A program made the translations under genes and the position numbers. DNA of 64,000 nucleotides from Marivirga sp. (GTDB taxonomy: Bacteria > Bacteroidota > Bacteroidia > Cytophagales > Cyclobacteriaceae): NCBI RefSeq assembly GCF_051117495.1, contig NZ_JBNPEF010000017.1, positions 45,158 to 109,157 on the forward strand, in the 5' to 3' direction. Numbering within the stretch: position 1 is the first letter of the stretch; the number at the start of each line of letters is the position of its first letter. Below are positions 58,133 through 64,000 of the stretch, piece by piece. The notes under the pieces were generated by a model. It was not told where the DNA came from, ran no database searches, and worked only from the letters and a program-made list of their open reading frames with translations.

Positions 58133-59479
58133 ATGATTAATCAAATCAAAGACACACCTGAAAACAAAGTTGAAGAGCCTCAAATTGCGCTTAAACTTCA
58201 AAATATGTACAAAGAAAATGTACAGGAAAATCAATTAAACGTACTTTCCCTTTTTTCTGGTTGTGGTGGAATGGATTTGGGGTTTGAAGGTGGTTTTAAG
58301 GTGAAAAAGGAGTCTATTAATGAAATTTTAAATAAGGACTTTATTGAAAAATATTGTGCAAATGGATATCTCAAATTAAAAAAAACACGGTTTCGAACGA
58401 CTTTTTCCAATGATATTTTAACCGAGGCAAGAAATGCATGGGTGCATTATTTTAAAAAATCCCAACCTAATCCAGAAGTATTCCATACCGACAGTATAGT
58501 AGACTTGGTTAAACTGCATAAATCGGGGGTCAATGTATTCCCTAAAAATGTGGATGTAGTAACAGGCGGTTTTCCGTGTCAAGATTTTAGTGTTTCAGGG
58601 AAAAGAAATGGCTTCAATTCCAATAAAGACCATAGAGGTAAATTATATTCTGAAAACAACCCCACTACAGAAACAAGAGGGCATCTTTATATGTGGATGA
58701 AGGAAGTCATTGAAATTACTAAACCCAAAATTTTTATTGCTGAAAATGTAAAAGGCTTAGTCAACCTAAAGAACGTAAAAGAGATTATTCAAAAAGATTT
58801 TTCAACCATCGGCAAAAATGGATATATAGTTTTAAAACCTAAAGTATTGCATTCTGCTGATTATGGTGTTCCGCAATCAAGAGAGAGGGTTTTCTTTATA
58901 GGGATTAAAAAATCTGCATTAAAAAAAGAGGCACTTGAGGCTTTGAGCAATGATTATATTCCTTCCGCTTTTGACCCCTATCCAAGCCCTACTCATTCAT
59001 TCACAAAAGATGAGCCTTATTTGAAAAAGCCAGTAAGCTTAAATGATATTCTTAATGGTTTGGAAGAACCTGAGCAGTCCGATGACTTATCTCAAAGACA
59101 CTATTCCAAAGCCAAGTTTATGGGGAAGCATTGTCAAGGTCAAACAGAAGTAAAATTAAACCATATTGGCCCCACAATCAGAGCTGAACATCATGGCAAT
59201 ATTGAATTCAGAAGGTTATCCATTGAAAACGGAGGAAAAAATCTTAGTGAATTAAGAAACGGATTAGCTGAAAGAAGATTAACCCCAAGGGAATGTGCAT
59301 TAATTCAAACATTTCCTTCAGATTATGAATTTGTAATCGAAAACAAAAACGGCAGGAAAGGCTCTTATTTAGTAAGTCCCTCTAAAGCTTATAAATTAAT
59401 TGGTAATGCTGTACCTCCACTACTTGCATATAATATTGCTAAAAGAATTGAGGAAGTTTGGGATAACTATTTCATTTAA
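58133..59479 (+). CDS. DNA (cytosine-5) methyltransferase of a type II R-M system
   Basis: Motif I LSLFSGCGGMDLG, IV GGFPCQDFS, VI ENVKG, VIII PQSRERVF, IX/X RECALIQTFP and YKLIGNAVPP. Confidence 0.95.
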   Translation: MINQIKDTPENKVEEPQIALKLQNMYKENVQENQLNVLSLFSGCGGMDLGFEGGFKVKKESINEILNKDFIEKYCANGYLKLKKTRFRTTFSNDILTEARNAWVHYFKKSQPNPEVFHTDSIVDLVKLHKSGVNVFPKNVDVVTGGFPCQDFSVSGKRNGFNSNKDHRGKLYSENNPTTETRGHLYMWMKEVIEITKPKIFIAENVKGLVNLKNVKEIIQKDFSTIGKNGYIVLKPKVLHSADYGVPQSRERVFFIGIKKSALKKEALEALSNDYIPSAFDPYPSPTHSFTKDEPYLKKPVSLNDILNGLEEPEQSDDLSQRHYSKAKFMGKHCQGQTEVKLNHIGPTIRAEHHGNIEFRRLSIENGGKNLSELRNGLAERRLTPRECALIQTFPSDYEFVIENKNGRKGSYLVSPSKAYKLIGNAVPPLLAYNIAKRIEEVWDNYFI

Positions 59480-59482
59480 GAC

Positions 59483-60565
59483 ATGGTGATTTCTTTAAAT
59501 TCTGATTCAAATCTGGAAGATTTCGAACATCTCTTAGAAAAGACTGTAAATGAATTGAATGTTCTTTCAAAAGATTCGAAAAACTCGATTGAAAAATTAA
59601 GCGGTATTAAATTAGAACCGTACATAAAGGAAATAATGGCTAAAAATGCTATTGGGACAGCATTTGAAAACACCATAGAATTAATAGGAGGACAAAAATT
59701 TCCCGATATAATCGCCAAGAAATATTTCGGGGTTGAGGTTAAAACTACCACTAAAAATCATTGGAAAACGACCGGAAATAGTGTGCTGGAATCGACAAGA
59801 GTTGAGGATGTGGAAAGAATTTTTATGTTATTCGGAAAGTTAGGGGAGCCAATTGAATTTAAATTTAGAAAATATGAGGAATGCTTAGCTGAGGTGGTAG
59901 TTACTCACTCACCCAGATATTTGATTGATATGGAGCTTGAAGAGGGTAAAACAATTTTTGACAAAATAAAAATACCCTATGATGAAATCAGATTGAAAAG
60001 CAAACCTATTCAGCCCATTGTTAATTATTATAAAAACAGATTGAAACCTGGTCAGGATTTATGGTGGATAGGGGAAGAAGATGACTCATCGAAAAATTTT
60101 GTCATCAATATTTGGAAAAACTTATCGCAAGACTACAAATCTGAATTGATGATAAAATCAATGATATATTTTCCTGAAATATTTAGTAATAGCAATGATA
60201 AATTTGCGCGAATTGCAATCTGGCTCGTTAAAGAAAAATCAATTGTTTGTCCTAATTTGAGGGATGTTTTTACTGCAGGCGGAAAAAAGGATTTCAATTA
60301 TAAAAGCCATAAACTAAAAAAAATACCCAAGATATATTTTAACGTATTGAACAATATTCAATCAGTTTTTAATCTCATTACTGAGACTGATGAGGAAAAA
60401 TTGTCAGGATTTTGGAACACACCAACAAGTGAAAATTCAAAAATTGATGATTGGATAGAATTAATATTAATTAACACTAATTTTCTTTTACAGGATAAAT
60501 TAGACAATTTTGAAGTGGTCTTACGTAAAATGAAATCTGATTATTTAAATAATGAACTTCAATAA
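59483..60565 (+). CDS. Putative type II restriction endonuclease (PD-(D/E)xK)
   Basis: FPDIIAKKYFGVEVKTT catalytic motif; begins 3 nt after the MTase stop. Confidence 0.75.
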   Translation: MVISLNSDSNLEDFEHLLEKTVNELNVLSKDSKNSIEKLSGIKLEPYIKEIMAKNAIGTAFENTIELIGGQKFPDIIAKKYFGVEVKTTTKNHWKTTGNSVLESTRVEDVERIFMLFGKLGEPIEFKFRKYEECLAEVVVTHSPRYLIDMELEEGKTIFDKIKIPYDEIRLKSKPIQPIVNYYKNRLKPGQDLWWIGEEDDSSKNFVINIWKNLSQDYKSELMIKSMIYFPEIFSNSNDKFARIAIWLVKEKSIVCPNLRDVFTAGGKKDFNYKSHKLKKIPKIYFNVLNNIQSVFNLITETDEEKLSGFWNTPTSENSKIDDWIELILINTNFLLQDKLDNFEVVLRKMKSDYLNNELQ

Positions 60566-60566
60566 A

Positions 60567-62087
60567 ATGAACAAAAAAGTAATCTTAATGATATTGGATG
60601 GCTGGGGTTTAGCCACCAACAAAGAAGTTTCCGCTATAGACAAAGCCAACACTCCTTTTGTGGACAGCTTGTACAAGGATTTCAAGCATAGCAAACTGGA
60701 TGCTTCCGGTTTAGCAGTAGGCTTGCCTGAAGGACAGATGGGAAATTCCGAAGTCGGGCACATGAACATAGGTGCGGGTAGAATTGTCTATCAGGATTTG
60801 GTGAAAATCAATAAGGCGATAGAGGAAAAATCCATCAAGGAAAATCCAGTTTGGGCAGAAGCCATGGATTATGCCAAAAAGAATAATAAAAAAGTTCATT
60901 TCATCGGATTGGTTTCAGATGGAGGCGTGCATTCACATATCGGGCACTTGAAGGGCTTGATGAGCTTGGCTCATGAAGAGGGAGTTCAAAATTTATTCGT
61001 TCATGCCTTTACAGATGGGCGTGACACTGACCCAAATGGCGGTAAATCTTATTTGAAGGATGTTGAGGAACATGCCGAAAAAACAGGAGCTAAAATTGCT
61101 TCCGTTACGGGTAGATATTTCGCAATGGACAGAGATAACCGCTGGGAAAGAGTCAAATTGGCTTATGATGCCATGGTAAAAGGTGTTGGTAAAAGCACTG
61201 ATTCCATTTCGGGTGCGATTCAGTCTTCTTATGATGAAGGCGTTACGGATGAATTTATCAAACCTATTATTCATACTGAGAATGGAAATCCTGTTGCCAA
61301 AATTGAAGAAGGCGATGTGGTGATTTCATTTAATTTCAGAACCGATAGGGGTCGAGAAATTACTCAAGCATTGACCCAAAAAGCATTTCCTGAGCAGGGT
61401 ATGAAGCCATTGGATTTGCATTACATCACCATGACCAAATATGATGATACTTTCAAAGGAGTAAAAGTACTTTTCGAAAAGGATAATTTGGTCAATACTC
61501 TAGGTGAGGTTTTGGAAAAGCACGGCAAAAAGCAAATCAGAATTGCCGAGACTGAAAAGTATCCGCATGTGACTTTCTTTTTCTCTGGTGGAAGGGAAAC
61601 GGAATTTGAAGGAGAGAAACGCTTGATGTGCCCTTCTCCCAAAGTAGCCACTTATGATTTAAAACCAGAAATGAGTGCTTATGACATCCGAGATAAAATC
61701 ATTCCAGAATTAGAAAAAGGCGAAGCTGATTTCGTTTGTTTGAATTTTGCCAATCCTGATATGGTAGGCCATACAGGTGTGTTTGAAGCAGCGGTTAAAG
61801 CTTGCGAAACAGTAGATAGTTGTGCAAAATCTGTGATAGATATTGCTCAAAAGAATGGCTATGCCACCATCGTTATAGCGGACCATGGAAATTCCGATTA
61901 TATGGTAAATGAAGACGGAAGCCCAAATACTGCCCATACTACTAACTTAGTACCTTGCATTTTGGTTGACCCTGGTTTTGACGGCACCATTAAAGACGGT
62001 AAATTGGGGGATTTGGCACCTACTATTCTGAAAATCATGGATGTTGAAATCCCTAAAGAGATGACGGGCGATATTTTAATTGAGTGA
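60567..62087 (+). CDS. gpmI: 2,3-bisphosphoglycerate-independent phosphoglycerate mutase
   Basis: ILDGWG, GQMGNSEVGH, SDGGVHSH, GRYFAMDRD, AETEKYPHVT, NPDMVGHTG, ADHGN. Start MNKK at 60567. Confidence 0.98.
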   Translation: MNKKVILMILDGWGLATNKEVSAIDKANTPFVDSLYKDFKHSKLDASGLAVGLPEGQMGNSEVGHMNIGAGRIVYQDLVKINKAIEEKSIKENPVWAEAMDYAKKNNKKVHFIGLVSDGGVHSHIGHLKGLMSLAHEEGVQNLFVHAFTDGRDTDPNGGKSYLKDVEEHAEKTGAKIASVTGRYFAMDRDNRWERVKLAYDAMVKGVGKSTDSISGAIQSSYDEGVTDEFIKPIIHTENGNPVAKIEEGDVVISFNFRTDRGREITQALTQKAFPEQGMKPLDLHYITMTKYDDTFKGVKVLFEKDNLVNTLGEVLEKHGKKQIRIAETEKYPHVTFFFSGGRETEFEGEKRLMCPSPKVATYDLKPEMSAYDIRDKIIPELEKGEADFVCLNFANPDMVGHTGVFEAAVKACETVDSCAKSVIDIAQKNGYATIVIADHGNSDYMVNEDGSPNTAHTTNLVPCILVDPGFDGTIKDGKLGDLAPTILKIMDVEIPKEMTGDILIE

Positions 62088-62126
62088 TATTTCTAATCTA
62101 ACTTTATAAATTAAATTAGTTGGATA

Positions 62127-62209
62127 AAACCTGTCAGGTTTCTTTCAGTTTAAAGAGTATTAATGATGGTCTTTTCTACATTCTTTTAATTTTAAAACCT
62201 GACAGGTTT
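62127..62209. repeat. Paired-palindrome element AAACCTGTCAGGTTT...AAACCTGACAGGTTT, copy 3
   Basis: Exact 15-bp arms with a 53-nt spacer. Confidence 0.8.
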
Positions 62210-62231
62210 ACTGACTTATATTAGCTAAACT

Positions 62232-62810
62232 ATGACAAAACTCAACAGTATTCTTTTTGCGATTATAGTAATTTCCTTTTGTGCTTGCGAAACTGCAGTA
62301 AGGGAAAAACCCATCAATGAATATTATGATGTGGATGCCTTAATTGACAAACAGTCGAAATTACTGACTAAACTTCAGCCCAAAATTGAAAAGTCCATTC
62401 AAGTAGATGGCAAAAAGGAGAAAGACACTATAGAATTTGATTCCTTAGGTTGGAAAAATGAACTGGAAGTTTTCAAATTGGCAGACATCAATAAGCCTAC
62501 TTTATATGATGCTTATGAAGCCACCGAGGAGCAAACAAGTGACGGGAAAATCTGGAGATACACCACTGAAAAGCCTTCTTTGGGCATAGAATATTTATAT
62601 GTCTTTTTTGATAACGACAGTGCAGTCATAAAACTTGAAGCGCGTTATCATGAAAATAATGCACTTTATGTTTCCGAAAGAAATTTTGAAATCAACTTCA
62701 AGAAATCTGAAGATTATAGTGTTTTAGACTCCTACAAAATCTATGGCAGGCAAAAAATGGCCATGAAAGATGAGGTGCGATTTTCTATTGAGAGTGAGGT
62801 GGTGGATTAA
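62232..62810 (+). CDS. Hypothetical lipoprotein
   Basis: Signal peptide with SFCAC; beta-rich 192 aa. Confidence 0.7.
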   Translation: MTKLNSILFAIIVISFCACETAVREKPINEYYDVDALIDKQSKLLTKLQPKIEKSIQVDGKKEKDTIEFDSLGWKNELEVFKLADINKPTLYDAYEATEEQTSDGKIWRYTTEKPSLGIEYLYVFFDNDSAVIKLEARYHENNALYVSERNFEINFKKSEDYSVLDSYKIYGRQKMAMKDEVRFSIESEVVD

Positions 62811-62865
62811 ATAATTGCGACTAAGAACCTAATTATATCGTAATTCCATTGCAGGTTTTTTACAA

Positions 62866-63060
62866 CCACCCCGTCATTCGGACACCCCTCCTTTTCGTAA
62901 GGAGGGGAACAGCTTCGAGCAAATTGTTGTGTTTTATTTCACTCTCTTAATCCTATATTTAGTTTAGTAAGTAAAGAATTCGATTAAGCATATTGCTAAT
63001 ATTTAGCACAAACCAGCTTCTCCCCTGTTTTAGGGGAGATGTCCGAAGGACAGAGGGGTC
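62866..63060. repeat. Inverted doublet of CCCCT...AGGGG-TGTCCGA-type REP units
   Basis: The reverse complement of 62866-62910 (GTTCCCCTCCTTACGAAAAGGAGGGGTGTCCGAATGACGGGGTGGTT) resembles 63018-63060 (TTCTCCCCTGTTTTAGGGGAGATGTCCGAAGGACAGAGGGGTC). Confidence 0.65.
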
Positions 63061-64000
63061 TAAAACCCCACAGCCACTCGTTCCTTCACTACTCTTTTAT
63101 TTCCTTCCGCTGTGAAAAGTTCAAAGTAAATAATATAATAACCCGTTCTTACTTTCCTGCCATTAAAATCTACTCCATCCCAGCGAAAAAAGCCAGTATT
63201 GCTGAGCGTTTCATTATTCGCTAGAGTGTTCACAATCGTACCTTTCATATCAAATATTTTTACAGTGGCTTTGGTGCCTGCATCTTCCAATTGGTAATTG
63301 ATTAAGGTGAAATTTCTACCCGGCTGATTATGTGAAAATGTTTTTGGATTGGCTTCTATTTTGCCATAGCTTATATTTTCATTGGTCAACTGGGAATTGG
63401 CTTTACCTGGGGTGGCAAAACCAACTGCCGAAGTAGCAGAGCTCCAAGAATCTGCTTCCATTATAGGTGCTTCAGGATGGATTCTTTCTAATGAAACCCC
63501 ATCCACCGTTCTTAGAAATGGCAAATGCAAATCATCTGAATATTTGAAAAATTCCTCTAATTCCTGATTGGCTGAAACTACTCTTACAATGCCTTCTCCA
63601 TTAGTCAAAGTTGGCAGATTGACCTCTATTATATTTTCTTCTTCATGAGAAATAGGACTATCTTTAATAGTGCTTGCCTTATCGGAAGTTAAGGCCAAAT
63701 ATTGCCCTGGCCCTAGGATGACATTTTCATTCTCTATAATTACATTTTCATCGCTATTGCCTTCAACAGTCCACCCCCTCAGATTAATATATTTATCCGA
63801 AATATTGAGCAATTCAATAAAATCTGCTCCTCTTGATTTTTGGTCGTAGAGCACTTCATTTAAAACTACATCACCTTGTTGTGGGGATTCTGCTAAAGCA
63901 AAATTTACTTGATTAGCTTGTGAATTGATAATGTTCCCTACACAATCAGTCAAATTATTGGCATTTAAACTATAGCGAACCTTTTCTTTCAATTCCTCTG
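63060..64000 (-). CDS. Lamin-tail-domain protein with T9SS/gliding-motility-type C-terminal domain, 3' part; runs off the right edge
   Basis: VVLNEVLYD...ADFIELLN (LTD), SLERI, TPGKANS, then NPKTFS...KIFDMKG...WDG...GYYI. The frame stays open to the window edge. Confidence 0.8.
   Translation of the reverse strand, partial: EELKEKVRYSLNANNLTDCVGNIINSQANQVNFALAESPQQGDVVLNEVLYDQKSRGADFIELLNISDKYINLRGWTVEGNSDENVIIENENVILGPGQYLALTSDKASTIKDSPISHEEENIIEVNLPTLTNGEGIVRVVSANQELEEFFKYSDDLHLPFLRTVDGVSLERIHPEAPIMEADSWSSATSAVGFATPGKANSQLTNENISYGKIEANPKTFSHNQPGRNFTLINYQLEDAGTKATVKIFDMKGTIVNTLANNETLSNTGFFRWDGVDFNGRKVRTGYYIIYFELFTAEGNKRVVKERVAVGF

Noticed and set aside
58133-59479. The m5C methyltransferase as the cause of the three C-to-T nonsense changes
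   Set aside because: The three sites share only TTC and no common palindromic recognition sequence.
287-63567. Numerous 60-140 aa ORFs in the track overlapping longer genes (e.g. 287..472, 3221..3520, 9355..9648, 47526..47957, 56367..56696) and intergenic ORFs 27895..28098, 29036..29239, 40028..40427, 54312..54821
   Set aside because: These are antisense or alternate-frame shadows of well-supported genes, or read-throughs of REP-rich DNA, with no recognisable motifs.
1-64000. tRNA, rRNA, prophage or IS elements
   Set aside because: No cloverleaf, rRNA-like segment, phage structural gene, integrase or transposase was recognised by eye; a tRNAscan/Infernal run would be needed to exclude small RNAs.

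Overview
AT-rich chromosomal window from a Bacteroidota bacterium, probably a marine Cytophagales (Marivirga-like). This is inferred from gene content, TAnnTTTG -7 promoter boxes, lipoprotein signals and a T9SS-type C-terminal domain. Core or housekeeping genes (tamB plus a TamA/TamL-type partner, fhs, mfd, gpmI, csaA-like, thiolase, crotonase, M13 peptidase) are interleaved with accessory loci: three type II toxin-antitoxin modules, a solitary Rad50/RloC-like ABC ATPase, a type II m5C restriction-modification pair wedged between mfd and gpmI, an NYN-LOTUS gene, a tandem four-NBD UvrA-like protein, a TetM-like GTPase, an ArsI-like enzyme with a Cys-tailed SigZ-like sigma factor, and at least five families of short palindromic REP-like repeats. 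The best candidate for an undescribed system is 8499-12550. There an ECF sigma and a membrane anti-sigma fused to a SusC-type N-terminal extension, a TonB-box-like motif and a TonB C-terminal domain lie divergent from a secreted vWA protein. That vWA protein carries the identical 12-residue motif ADVAQLSEVVVT, encoded with different codons. Three genes (TetM-like, NYN-LOTUS, HepT) are each broken by a single in-frame stop, and all three are explainable as TTC>TTT changes. No rRNA, tRNA, CRISPR array, integrase or transposase was recognised. All family assignments come from motif reading, not database searches.
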